Shown here piece after piece: positions 18,281 to 28,400 of a stretch of DNA of 64,000 bases. The notes beneath the pieces were generated by a model. It was not told where the DNA came from. It did no database searches and saw nothing but the letters and a program-made list of their open reading frames with translations. How positions within the stretch are numbered: the first letter of the stretch is position 1; every line of letters starts with the position of its first letter. Origin of the DNA: an archaeon (GTDB lineage Archaea; Iainarchaeota; Iainarchaeia; Iainarchaeales; JAAZKV01); the NCBI GenBank assembly GCA_041659525.1, contig JBAZYC010000001.1, forward strand, positions 725,554 to 789,553. The letters run 5' to 3'. Made by a program: the position numbers and the translations under genes.

Positions 18281-19591
18281 TCACTCTTCTAAATAAGTAT
18301 CAGTTCTACTAAATTCGCTTATCTCTCCGCGCAAGTTCTTTGTAAGCATTTCGCGAGCCTCTTTTGGATTAAAGTTTCCAAGTAACCAAGAAAGTTTCAT
18401 TAATGCAGTTTCAGGTAACATATCTTCGCAGTGAATTGCTCCTGTGGAAGCAACTTTTCGTAAATTAGTGTAAACATTTGGGTGTACTCTTCCATTTAAG
18501 CATTGAGAGGTAACTCCAACAACACAACCTGATTCAACTAATTCTCCTAGAGCCTTTACAAAAGAATCTTTTTCTCCAATAGGAGTGTGCCCGAGTCCAG
18601 TTCCTTCAATTATTAGTCCTTTGTATTTTTCTTTTCTATAAAAAGCAAGTTCTTTTTCAGAAACAAGCGGATGCATTTTTAGTAAACCAACTTTTTCTTC
18701 AAATTTATTTAATAATTTGAATTCGCCTTTAGATTTTTCTAGTTCTGTTTTGTTTTTTATCCACTTAATTTCTTTTGTAAAATAATTAATTAGTGCAATT
18801 GGGGTGTCATTTATTGGTTTGAATGCATCTCTTCTTGAGGTATGCATTTTTCTTGTTTTTGTTCCTGGGAGGATTGCACAATTATCATCATTAGTAGATT
18901 GGTGCATGCACACCGCTACTCCTTTGTAATTTGTTTTTGTAATAAAAGTTGCTGCACTAATTAAGTTCATTGCAGCATCACTACTTCCTCTATCTGAACT
19001 CCTCTGTGCTCCAACAATTAAAACCGGTATTGGGCAATTTTCTAGTTCAAATGAAAGAGCAGCTGCACTATATCCAAGCATATCCGTTCCGTGTCCAATA
19101 ATTATTCCCTTAACTCCTTTTTTGATTTGTTCTTTTACTGCAGTAGATATTTTTTGAAAATCAGTTACTTTCATATCTTCTGACATCATGTTTGAAACAA
19201 AAACTGATTCAATGTTAGCAATAGTAGTAAGTTCTGGAAACATTGTTACTAAATCATTAATGTCAAAACTCGCGTAAACTCCGCCTGTTGAGTAATTTAC
19301 TCTTGAAGCTATAGTTCCTCCTGTGTGAAGAATTGCGATTGTTGAAAGAGCAGGATTTTTCTTTATTTCAATTGTTTTTGCTTTTCCAACTGATTTACTC
19401 TCTCCTAAGGACTTAATGCTTTTTACTTTAGTTAATTCAAAACCAGCATTATATCCAGTACTTAGTTTTAGCATTAGCGTATCATCATTGCTTGGAATAA
19501 TTGTTCCGCTGACTTTGTTTCCCTCAAAGTCAAACTCAATCATTAACCCTTCTTTTAGAGAGTTCTTTTTGTAAAATTCAATTAGTTTCAT
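18281..19591 (-). CDS. gatD: Glu-tRNA(Gln) amidotransferase subunit D (asparaginase-like)
   Basis: 436 aa. Asparaginase motif ILHTGGTIAS and a 'GatD-type N-terminal domain'. Confidence 0.85.
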   Translation of the reverse strand: MKLIEFYKKNSLKEGLMIEFDFEGNKVSGTIIPSNDDTLMLKLSTGYNAGFELTKVKSIKSLGESKSVGKAKTIEIKKNPALSTIAILHTGGTIASRVNYSTGGVYASFDINDLVTMFPELTTIANIESVFVSNMMSEDMKVTDFQKISTAVKEQIKKGVKGIIIGHGTDMLGYSAAALSFELENCPIPVLIVGAQRSSDRGSSDAAMNLISAATFITKTNYKGVAVCMHQSTNDDNCAILPGTKTRKMHTSRRDAFKPINDTPIALINYFTKEIKWIKNKTELEKSKGEFKLLNKFEEKVGLLKMHPLVSEKELAFYRKEKYKGLIIEGTGLGHTPIGEKDSFVKALGELVESGCVVGVTSQCLNGRVHPNVYTNLRKVASTGAIHCEDMLPETALMKLSWLLGNFNPKEAREMLTKNLRGEISEFSRTDTYLEE

Positions 19592-19677
19592 TCACATAGA
19601 TAAGAGCGGTTTAATTTTTAATTGCTTTCTTAAGGGGTTTTTTCATTAATTATTCAATAGTCAACTTTTTTGAAGAA

Positions 19678-20640
19678 TTAGCAACTTCCTTCAAAAGTTG
19701 TTTTTGTACAATAAGCGCTTTCACTATTTATTGGGGTGAAGGTTGTTCCAATTTGTTTTTTGTTCCAAGCACTAGCACAATCAAAAGAATTTAAGCAATT
19801 TGCACAATAATGAATTTCTTGGTAAGTGCTATTATTTGGGTTAAATATGCTTTCTCCTACTCCTCCAGTTTTGCAAGCTTTAGTAGTATCAAGAGTGAAT
19901 ATTATTGAGTTTTCATCAAACCCTGCGTTTTGTCCTTCAAAAGTAAATATTGCTTTGTATTCTCCTGAATTACTTGGGGCAATACTCCAAAGGAAAGGGT
20001 AACTCTCCCCAGGCATTATTGTCATTGTTTCTTTTGTTTCGGAAACATAATCTGTTTCGACCCAATTAGTTGGGGATTTTTTTTCAAGTTTCAAAGAGTT
20101 TTTTCCGAAAGCAAGTTCGTTTGAACCAATATTTTTTACAAGTACTTTTATTTCTGCAGTTCCGTTTGTGTTATCAACTAATTCTATTTTATCGATTTTT
20201 GCTTGTGCAGGCAAACTTCCCAAATAAAATTTACAAGTAGCTAGTTCTCCTTGTTTGATACATCTTAAACTTGTTTGGATTTTTGTTGTATCTTTAACTT
20301 TAAAGAAATCATAATCCCATTCAATTGATTTGTTACATTTATAATTTTTGTCTTGATCCTCTTTTCTTATACAGCACTCTTTTGGATCCAAGCATTCAAA
20401 TGCAACTAATACAGTTTTGTAATCAAAATTGTTTTTGTTTACAATAAATTCTTCACCATAAAGCGGGAAACCTAAGTTCATTGTTTTTCCTAACATTGTT
20501 TGTAATTTAGCTATTTCAATGGATTTTTTCATATTATCTACGCTTTGTTTATTTTCTAGAAATTGAGGGGCAAACGTCAAAAAAACCATTACTAATGCAA
20601 GAGCAACAATTGCATAAATTATTATTTCAAATGTATTCAT
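19678..20640 (-). CDS. Cys-rich extracytoplasmic protein with N-terminal hydrophobic anchor/signal
   Basis: 320 aa. N-terminal TM MNTFEIIIYAIVALALVMVFLTF, followed by many Cys (…CLDPKECCIRK…CANCLNSFDCASAWNK…). Confidence 0.4.
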   Translation of the reverse strand: MNTFEIIIYAIVALALVMVFLTFAPQFLENKQSVDNMKKSIEIAKLQTMLGKTMNLGFPLYGEEFIVNKNNFDYKTVLVAFECLDPKECCIRKEDQDKNYKCNKSIEWDYDFFKVKDTTKIQTSLRCIKQGELATCKFYLGSLPAQAKIDKIELVDNTNGTAEIKVLVKNIGSNELAFGKNSLKLEKKSPTNWVETDYVSETKETMTIMPGESYPFLWSIAPSNSGEYKAIFTFEGQNAGFDENSIIFTLDTTKACKTGGVGESIFNPNNSTYQEIHYCANCLNSFDCASAWNKKQIGTTFTPINSESAYCTKTTFEGSC

Positions 20641-20644
20641 TTTT

Positions 20645-20854
20645 TCACTTCAAGAGTTTGTATTCTATTACAAATAATTTTTTTATTATCATCCCTACTA
20701 TGAGGGCCATTACTGCTAAGAAAATGTAAAATAACCAATTGTCTTGGTAAAAGAATAGATCTTTCCATTCTCCAGCCCAAAGATCAATGCTAAATAGTAT
20801 CCAAACAACTATAACTCCTGAAGCAAGGAATAGTAATAACTTTGCTAGTTTCAT
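20645..20854 (-). CDS. Small membrane protein (2 TM)
   Basis: 69 aa, hydrophobic. Confidence 0.3.
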   Translation of the reverse strand: MKLAKLLLFLASGVIVVWILFSIDLWAGEWKDLFFYQDNWLFYIFLAVMALIVGMIIKKLFVIEYKLLK

Positions 20855-20916
20855 TCTTATCAGGAGGATTTTACTATTTTCAATTACTTAAACTTTACTT
20901 TGAGGGGTATTTTTAG

Positions 20917-22773
20917 CTAATTTCCCGCTCCATAAGTGTCTTCTAAGGAGACTCTTTTTTGAATTGAAAACATTTTCTTTACTTCTTCAACAGTAGTAGC
21001 ACTCTCTGCTTTTTTATCTGTTCTCAAAACTATCATTCTTGGGAATCTTAAGGCAAATCCTTTTCCTTTTTCTTTTCCACAGGAGTGCATTGGGCTTAAA
21101 GTAATTTCATCTGCCCTAGTTTCTACTACATATTGAGGAATAACCCAGTGATCCGGTTCAACTTCTGAAGTTACTCTTACTGGTTTGTTTTTTGAAATTG
21201 TTTTAGAAAGTAAACCTTCAAGTTCACTAAGAATTTCTTCACTCATTCCCGTCCCTATTTTTGCAATGCTTTCAAACATATCTTTTTTCTCATTGTAAGC
21301 CGCGGCAAGCAGTGCTCCTAGTCCAAATTGAGTTCTTTTTCCCTTTCCACTATAGTATCCAATTATTACAAGGTCAAGTGTATCATCAAGTGTTCCTTTG
21401 TAGGAGCGTTTTAGTTTTATCCAAGCAAATTTTCTTGCTCCTGCAATATAAGGTGCATCAAGATCCTTGGCAATTATTCCTTCTAGTCCCTTTGCAATTG
21501 CATCTTCAAAGAATTCTTCTAGTTCTTTAGAATTATCAATTATTTTTTGTTCACTAAGTCTAATTATTTCGCTTCCATTTTCTTTTATTATACTCTGGAG
21601 TTTTTTTCTTCTTTCCTGCAGGGGTTTTTCTAAATAGCTTTCTCCATCACAGTACATAATATCAAATAAAAATAATTTCAGAGGATATTCTTTTGCTTTT
21701 TTTTCAACTTCGTATTTTCTTTTCCTTTGAATTGTAACTTGGAATGGATAATATTCTTGTGTTTCTTCATTAAAAGCAAGTGCCTCTCCTTCTACTATAC
21801 ATTTTTTTGGAATTAAGTTTTCTCTTACCGCTGCAATAATTTCAGGGAACATATCAGTGATTTCTTCGCTTTGTCTTGAAAATATTTTTACATTATCTCC
21901 GTCTTTACTTATTTGTACTCTGAATCCATCATATTTGTGTTCTACTGCACATTTTCCTAGTTTCTCAATTATTTCTTTTGCGCTTGGTAATCTCTCTGCA
22001 GCAGTGGGTCTTATGGGAGTACCTGGTTTTATTTTTATTTCTTCAAGGCCCTCTAGTCCTTCTTCTTTTAGTATTTGAGCGATTTCTCCAAGATCAGAGT
22101 CAACATTATAAGCGGCTTCAATTTTTTCTCTAATTCCAACTTTTATTTTTCTTTGTCTGTCTCCAATTTCTTTTTGTTCTTTTTTCTTCACTGTTTTTCC
22201 TTTTTCTTTTTTTAATTCTTCTTGTTCTTCTTTTGAAAGAACCATTGCAAATGCATCCATTATAGTGGGATCCCCAATTCCTAATCTAATATTTCCTAGT
22301 GGAATTCTTGCAATGTAACGGGATTCTATTGGAGAAGCTGAATTAAATAATTCTGCAAGTAATTTTGTTTTTAGTTCCTGACTTCCTATTCCTTCTGTTT
22401 GAGCCATTTTTTTTAAGTTAGAAAAAACTTTATCGATTGTTAAGCTCTCTGCGAATAGTGCTTGTTGTTTTCTTTTTTGCATCATTTGTTCAGCTGCATC
22501 CCCAAGGTCCCCTGATTTGTTAAACAATGCATCTACTTCTACTCTTGTAAACCCGCTTGATTTTGCTATTCCTTCTGCAATTAGTTTTTCTCCAAACCCA
22601 ATTTCTTTTGCTTCAAATTGCGGAGCTATTCTTCCTTGGAGAAGATAAATAACTTTTTTAGCGTCATTAGCAGGGATTATTTCAAATAACTCGGCTAAAT
22701 AATCAGTCATTATTAGTCTTGAAGAGGCTCGTTCTATTTTGTCAAAATATTGTGCAACTGTTCTGAATTCCAT
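20917..22773 (-). CDS. lig: ATP-dependent DNA ligase
   Basis: 618 aa. Adenylation motif I is KYDGFR (…EHKYDGFRVQISKDG…); the OB-fold domain follows. Confidence 0.85.
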   Translation of the reverse strand: MEFRTVAQYFDKIERASSRLIMTDYLAELFEIIPANDAKKVIYLLQGRIAPQFEAKEIGFGEKLIAEGIAKSSGFTRVEVDALFNKSGDLGDAAEQMMQKRKQQALFAESLTIDKVFSNLKKMAQTEGIGSQELKTKLLAELFNSASPIESRYIARIPLGNIRLGIGDPTIMDAFAMVLSKEEQEELKKEKGKTVKKKEQKEIGDRQRKIKVGIREKIEAAYNVDSDLGEIAQILKEEGLEGLEEIKIKPGTPIRPTAAERLPSAKEIIEKLGKCAVEHKYDGFRVQISKDGDNVKIFSRQSEEITDMFPEIIAAVRENLIPKKCIVEGEALAFNEETQEYYPFQVTIQRKRKYEVEKKAKEYPLKLFLFDIMYCDGESYLEKPLQERRKKLQSIIKENGSEIIRLSEQKIIDNSKELEEFFEDAIAKGLEGIIAKDLDAPYIAGARKFAWIKLKRSYKGTLDDTLDLVIIGYYSGKGKRTQFGLGALLAAAYNEKKDMFESIAKIGTGMSEEILSELEGLLSKTISKNKPVRVTSEVEPDHWVIPQYVVETRADEITLSPMHSCGKEKGKGFALRFPRMIVLRTDKKAESATTVEEVKKMFSIQKRVSLEDTYGAGN

Positions 22774-22860
22774 TTTAATTACCCAACTCTTTTTTAGTAG
22801 TTTTTTTCTAATTAATATAGATTGATTAGCTTTTTATAATCCTTGTGAGTATATTTATTC

Positions 22861-23298
22861 ATGGCTTGGGGACTTGAGTACATTGCTGGGTTTAATCCTT
22901 TTCCTTTCGGGGGAATGGCTATAATTGGAGCCTTTGTTTTTTTGTTTGCTTTTGGTTATATTGCTAATAGAGGAAAATCTAACGCTGCTGAACTTTCTCT
23001 TGAAACAGTAGGATATTCTCTTTTAATTGGTGGTATTTTGTTTATAATGAATCTTCCTCCATTAGTGCTCGGAGTAGGTTATATTGCAGGATACATTTTA
23101 GTTAACAAGCATGTTTCTAAAACAAAAACCGATTTTAGCTGGGTTGTTTTTGTATTTTACCTTCTTTTTGTTTTCACAGTGCTCGCTGTTCTTGATGAAT
23201 TTTCAAGGTTTTGGTGGACTGTTTTTGTATTAGTGTTTATGGTTGCTACTAACGAAATTGATCTTAAGCACAAAGTTGCCCAAAAGCCAAAGAAATGA
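22861..23298 (+). CDS. Membrane protein (4 TM)
   Basis: 145 aa, hydrophobic. Confidence 0.35.
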   Translation: MAWGLEYIAGFNPFPFGGMAIIGAFVFLFAFGYIANRGKSNAAELSLETVGYSLLIGGILFIMNLPPLVLGVGYIAGYILVNKHVSKTKTDFSWVVFVFYLLFVFTVLAVLDEFSRFWWTVFVLVFMVATNEIDLKHKVAQKPKK

Positions 23299-23378
23299 GC
23301 CTTACCCAACTTTTAAAAACCATTTTGAGGAATTTTTCTTTATTAAACCTTTGACAAAGTCAAATGTATAACAGTAAG

Positions 23379-23452
23379 GGGGATATAGTCTAGCCTGGTT
23401 AGGACCGGCGCTTTGGGAGCGTCAAACACGAGTTCAAATCTTGTTATCCCCA
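23379..23452 (+). tRNA. tRNA-Pro (anticodon UGG), no encoded CCA
   Basis: GGGGATATAGTCTAGCCTGGTTAGGACCGGCGCTTTGGGAGCGTCAAACACGAGTTCAAATCTTGTTATCCCCA. Acceptor GGGGATA/TATCCCC, anticodon stem GGCGC/GCGTC with loop TTTGGGA. Confidence 0.75.
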
Positions 23453-23624
23453 TTTATTTTTTTTAATTTTTTTATACTTTTTTTAGCATAATGCATTTTT
23501 TTTGTTTTTTTAGTCTTTTTTTTCTTAAATTTAATTTTGCCTTTTCCCTAACTAAATCAATACTAATTTAAACACTTTTTTAGTAAATTATATCAAAATT
23601 AGTTTCTCTATTGGGGGGTTATTT

Positions 23625-24440
23625 ATGAAGAAAGAGGTTTGTGATTGTAATGGGGGAGATTGTCACTCAATGCCAAAAATATTGGCTGTTCTTGCAATAA
23701 TTTTGCTTGCAGGAATTTTGGTTGCAGTTTCTTTTAACGCTGGAATCAATTCTAGTCCATCAAATGTAATATTAAATTCTGATGGAAAATTGGATGTTAA
23801 AACATTAAGTGTTTCAGGTAATGTAACTAAAATGGTTTCTCCTAACAAAGTAGATATTGTTTTGAGTGTTGAAACACTTGATTTATTAGCACAAAAGAGT
23901 CAAAGCGATAACGCTGTTATTGCTGATAAAGTAAAGGGTTCTCTTGAAGCACTTAGTTCTGTTAAGGCTGAAGTAAAAACAGTTTCTTACTCAGTGAACG
24001 AAGAATTTGAATGGAATGATATAACAAAGAAATCTGAATCAATTGGTTATAGAACAGTTAACCAAATTCAAGTTACTTTAAATGAAGCTGATATTTCTAG
24101 TGCTGGAAAAATAATTGATATAGCAGTAGAAAATGGAGCTAATAGAGTTTCAAGTATTGCTTTCGGTTTAACTAAATCAAGAGAACTTGCAGTAAGAAAA
24201 ACTGCTTTGAACGAAGCAAGTTCAACTGCTAAAATTAAAGCAGAGTCAATAGCACAAGGATTAGGAATTACAATAGGGGAAGTTCGCACAGTAAGCGAAA
24301 ACTCTTTCTATTATACTCCTAACTATGCTAACTATGATTTAGCTAAAGTTGCTGGTAGTGCAGAAGCAGTATCTACTCCAATAGTAGCAGGGGACGTAGA
24401 AGTATCTGCTAGCGTTGCAGTAGAATTCGAATTAAAGTAA
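23625..24440 (+). CDS. SIMPL/DUF541-domain secreted protein
   Basis: 271 aa with an N-terminal TM/signal. The overall pattern resembles BP26/SIMPL-family proteins (…VSYSVNEEFEWN…GDVEVSASVAVEFELK). Confidence 0.5.
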   Translation: MKKEVCDCNGGDCHSMPKILAVLAIILLAGILVAVSFNAGINSSPSNVILNSDGKLDVKTLSVSGNVTKMVSPNKVDIVLSVETLDLLAQKSQSDNAVIADKVKGSLEALSSVKAEVKTVSYSVNEEFEWNDITKKSESIGYRTVNQIQVTLNEADISSAGKIIDIAVENGANRVSSIAFGLTKSRELAVRKTALNEASSTAKIKAESIAQGLGITIGEVRTVSENSFYYTPNYANYDLAKVAGSAEAVSTPIVAGDVEVSASVAVEFELK

Positions 24441-24451
24441 ACTCTTTTTGA

Positions 24452-24490
24452 TTGCGAGCAAATTGCTCGCAATTTTTTTATTTTTTTTAT
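24452..24490 (+). terminator. Perfect 10-bp-stem hairpin (TTGCGAGCAA-A-TTGCTCGCAA) followed by T-run
   Basis: The inverted repeat lies immediately after the stop of the 23625..24440 gene and is followed by TTTTTTTATTTTTTTT. Confidence 0.5.
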
Positions 24491-24604
24491 TTGTTCTTCT
24501 AATTTAAATTATTTTAAACCCTATTTGTTAGTTCATTTTTTTGCTAATTTAACCCCCCCGAAATACTTTAAATAACAAACAAACTCAGTATTTGTGGTGA
24601 TTTT

Positions 24605-25333
24605 GTGCCTGTTACTCTAAGAAGACATTTAGCTACTAAAAAAAATGCTGCTGGGAAAAGAATAGTTCCTTTTTCAGGATTACGCGAAGGAGTTAATGCT
24701 GGTGAAGCACTAAAAAGGCATTTTGCTTTTATGAAAGTAAATAAAATCAAAGGATATTCTACTGAAGTTGAAAGAGGGGTTCTTGGAGCAAAAACTGCTC
24801 AAAGAAGATTTGGGGTAAAAAAACCTTTAGTTAAATTAAGAAAAGAACTTGGGTTAGCTAATATTTTTATTGATGAAAAAAAAGCAGTTGAAATTTTGAC
24901 TAATAAATATGGTGGGGACGAAGTTAAATCTAGAAATGCTTGGCTTAAAGGGGATACTCTTGAAGGAACATTAAAACCTTGGGATAAAATTTCTGAAGAT
25001 ATTGTTAGAAGAAGATTTGGTTTAGCACTTGCTGCAGAAGCAGGTAAAAGTGGAGCGGGAAGAAAAGGAGTTGCGTTACGAAGTGTATTACAAGATAATG
25101 TTACTCATAGTTGGATAGTCGAATCAGTGGTTCAAAGATTAACTAAAGGAATGAAGAACGTTCCTAAAATGGTTGGTCTTCCAAAAGAAACTACTGGAAT
25201 AAAAATGCAATTTGTAAAAATCCCTGATGGAAGATTTAGGGTATATATGGAATATGAAGAATTTCGTGGGGACGTTACAAGAAATTTTGCAGAATGCATG
25301 CTTCCTTCGGTTAGAAAATATTTAGAAGCATAA
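24605..25333 (+). CDS. Hypothetical basic protein (GTG start)
   Basis: 242 aa, Lys/Arg-rich, no recognised family. It sits immediately upstream of the multi-swivel cluster. Confidence 0.35.
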   Translation: MPVTLRRHLATKKNAAGKRIVPFSGLREGVNAGEALKRHFAFMKVNKIKGYSTEVERGVLGAKTAQRRFGVKKPLVKLRKELGLANIFIDEKKAVEILTNKYGGDEVKSRNAWLKGDTLEGTLKPWDKISEDIVRRRFGLALAAEAGKSGAGRKGVALRSVLQDNVTHSWIVESVVQRLTKGMKNVPKMVGLPKETTGIKMQFVKIPDGRFRVYMEYEEFRGDVTRNFAECMLPSVRKYLEA

Positions 25334-25409
25334 ATATTTAGTTGAGATGAATAGTTGGGTGATTTTTTTCATTAAGTTTATTTAACTAACAAGCTTTGGG
25401 GTTGTTTTT

Positions 25410-28400
25410 TTGGAATTGACTAAATTTTTTAGTAATCTTTCAAAAGAAAGCGTGGGCATTGCTGGAGGAAAAGGAGCTTCTCTAGGGGAAATGACTCGCG
25501 CTGGTATTCCAGTTCCTAATGGTTTTGTAGTTCTCTCTGATTCTTTTGAAAAGTTTTTAGAGGAAACAGATTTAAATGTTGAAATTGATGCAATTTTAGA
25601 TTCAGTGAATCACAACGAGATGCAATCAATTGAGAATGCTTCTGAAGAAATTAAAGCTCTTATTCTTAATGCGAAAATGCCAATTGATATTGAAAAAGAA
25701 ATAAAAAAGGATTTCAAAACTTTGAATGCAAAATTTGTTGCGGTTCGTTCTAGTGCAACTAGTGAAGATTTTTCTAGTGCTGCTTGGGCTGGACAACTTG
25801 ATAGTTTTCTTAATACTAAAGAAAAGGATTTACTTGAAAAAGTAAAACATTGTTGGGCTTCTCTATTTACTCCTAGAGCTATTTTTTACAGATTTGAAAA
25901 AGGACTTCACACTACAAAAATTAGTGTGGCTGTTGTAGTTCAAAAAATGGTTAATTCAGAGATAAGCGGAATAGCTTTTTCTGTTCACCCCGTAACCCAG
26001 GATAGGAATCAATTAATTATTGAAGCAGGATTTGGTTTAGGAGAAGCAATTGTTTCAGGTAGTATTACTCCTGATTCTTATGTGGTTGAAAAGAATCCAA
26101 GAAGAATAATTGACAAGAATATTAGTGATCAAGAAAGAGGGTTGTTTAAAGTTGAAACTGGCGGAAACGAATGGAAGAGTACTAAAGAAAATGGGGTAAA
26201 GCAAAAGCTTTCAGATAAGCAAATAATGGAGCTTAGTGAAATAATTTTGAGAATAGAAAAACATTATGGTTTTCCTTGCGATATAGAATGGGCATTTGAA
26301 GGGGGAAAATTCTTTATTGTCCAATCAAGACCAATTACCACTCTTTTAGATAAAAGTAATGATAACGAAATGCCTAGCGTAGTTAAAACAAAAAAAGTTT
26401 CAAGTAAATCAAAAGAGGATGAGATTCAAAAGTTTGTTTCATTGATTAATTCGCAACCACTTGATGTTAAGCAAGCCAAATGTAGTGTTTTGGCCGCTGA
26501 CATAGTTTTTGGGGTTTATTCTAATAAAGTAGTTTTCAATGAAAATTATTCACCCTTGATTCATCCGTATAAGTGGCCTAATTTGCAGCAAGTAATTCTT
26601 GAAGGAAGAATGAAAGGGGTTGAAAGAGTTATTTGGACAAATGCGATTAAGAACAAAAAAAAGTTTACAAGAGTTTTGAGTGAAGGTTCTGCTTTGCATA
26701 AAAAAATAGTGCGTATGAGTATTCCTGATTCACAACTATCAAAACTTTCTGAGCCACAGCTCTTAAAATATTTTGAGGAATTAGTTGAATTAACTAAAAA
26801 ATGGTGGGTGTATGCTGCGATAGGGGAAGATAAGGGGCTTGTGGTTGAAGAAAAATTAATTCCTTTGTTAGTTAAAAATCATAATTTAACTCCTCATGAA
26901 GCACAAGAATATTCTTCTGACATGGCTTCTCCCAAGGGGCAATCAGTGTTCTCAAAAGAAAGAACTGCTTTTTTAGAACTCTGTTTGATTCTTTCAAAAA
27001 ATAAAGCTCTTTTTAATTTAATAAAAAAAGGAGAGTCTTTACCTAAAAATAAGTTTTCTTTATTTTCAAAAAAAATAAATGATTATTCTAAAAAGTATTT
27101 TTACTCAAGAACAGATTTTTATGGAGGTCAAAAAATAAATGATTTTACTTTACCAAAATTAGTATTTGACGAATTAAATAAAACTACTTTATCAAAATTA
27201 AAACACGAGTTTATTGTTTTTAAAACTTCTGAAAAAGAATTAGAAAAAAGGCAAAAAGCGTGGTCAAAACGAGTTTCTTCAATTACAAAAGAAGAAAAAG
27301 ATTATTTGTGGTATTCTGAGGTAATGCACACTTGGATTGATGAAAGAAAAGTTTGTATGGTGTCCCAGTTTTATTATTTGTTTTCAGTTCTTGAAGAACT
27401 TTCTTTGAGAAGAAATATTAGTTATGACAAGCTTGCCTTACTAACTATAAGTGATTTAAAAAAATTTATCAAGGACGGAACAATTGATTTTGATTTAATC
27501 AAAAAAAGAGGAGAAGGAGCAGTTTTTGTTTATGAAAAAAACAAGCCTGTTGTAGAATTTTTTGAAAAAGACGCGGATTTGTTTAATGAAGCAATAAATA
27601 GGCACAGTTCTTCAGAAACAGTTGCTGGAACAATTGCAAGTAAGGGTAATGGCGAAAAAATTATTGTTGGTCGCGTAAAAATAGTTCATGATCCGTTTAA
27701 GGATTCTTTTGCTGAAGGGGAAGTATTAGTAACTACTATGACTCGTCCAGAGTTCGTACCTATAATGAAGAAAGCCATTGCGATTGTTACTGATGAAGGT
27801 GGACTTACCTCTCATGCTGCAATAGTATCAAGAGAGCTTGGGGTGCCTTGTATAATTGGAACAAAGAATGCTACAAAACTACTCAAGGACGGAGATTTGA
27901 TTGAAGTTGATGCAAATACAGGGGTTGTGAGACTAATAGATTCTACTAAAATTGAATCTTTAGTAAAAAATAATTTGGTTTTTGAAAAATCTATTACTCG
28001 TGATTGGGGAATGATTTATGCTGAAATTTGGCACAAAGTTTTCACCAGTGAATTCAAAAAGCAACTTGGTTGGGGTTATACAGAAGTTGTGTTTGAGGGT
28101 AAAAATAATTCTGTGACTATTTATCGTGCACCAAGTGAACATTTGGATGGAATGCGAGATTTTATTCTTGCTAATCTTGACAAGGACAAAGATTGGTTAA
28201 GGAATCATGCAAAAATAGTAAAAAAAATGGTGAACAAAGCAATTTCTTGGATGAATTATTTAGAAACCAAAAAGTTGTCAAATTATTCTTCAAAAGAACT
28301 AGCAATTATTTTTGATGATTTTGTTAAAATGAATATAGAACTAGGCCCGCGTTTTATTATGATGCTTTGGTTTCCAATTCAAATGGAGAAACATAATAAA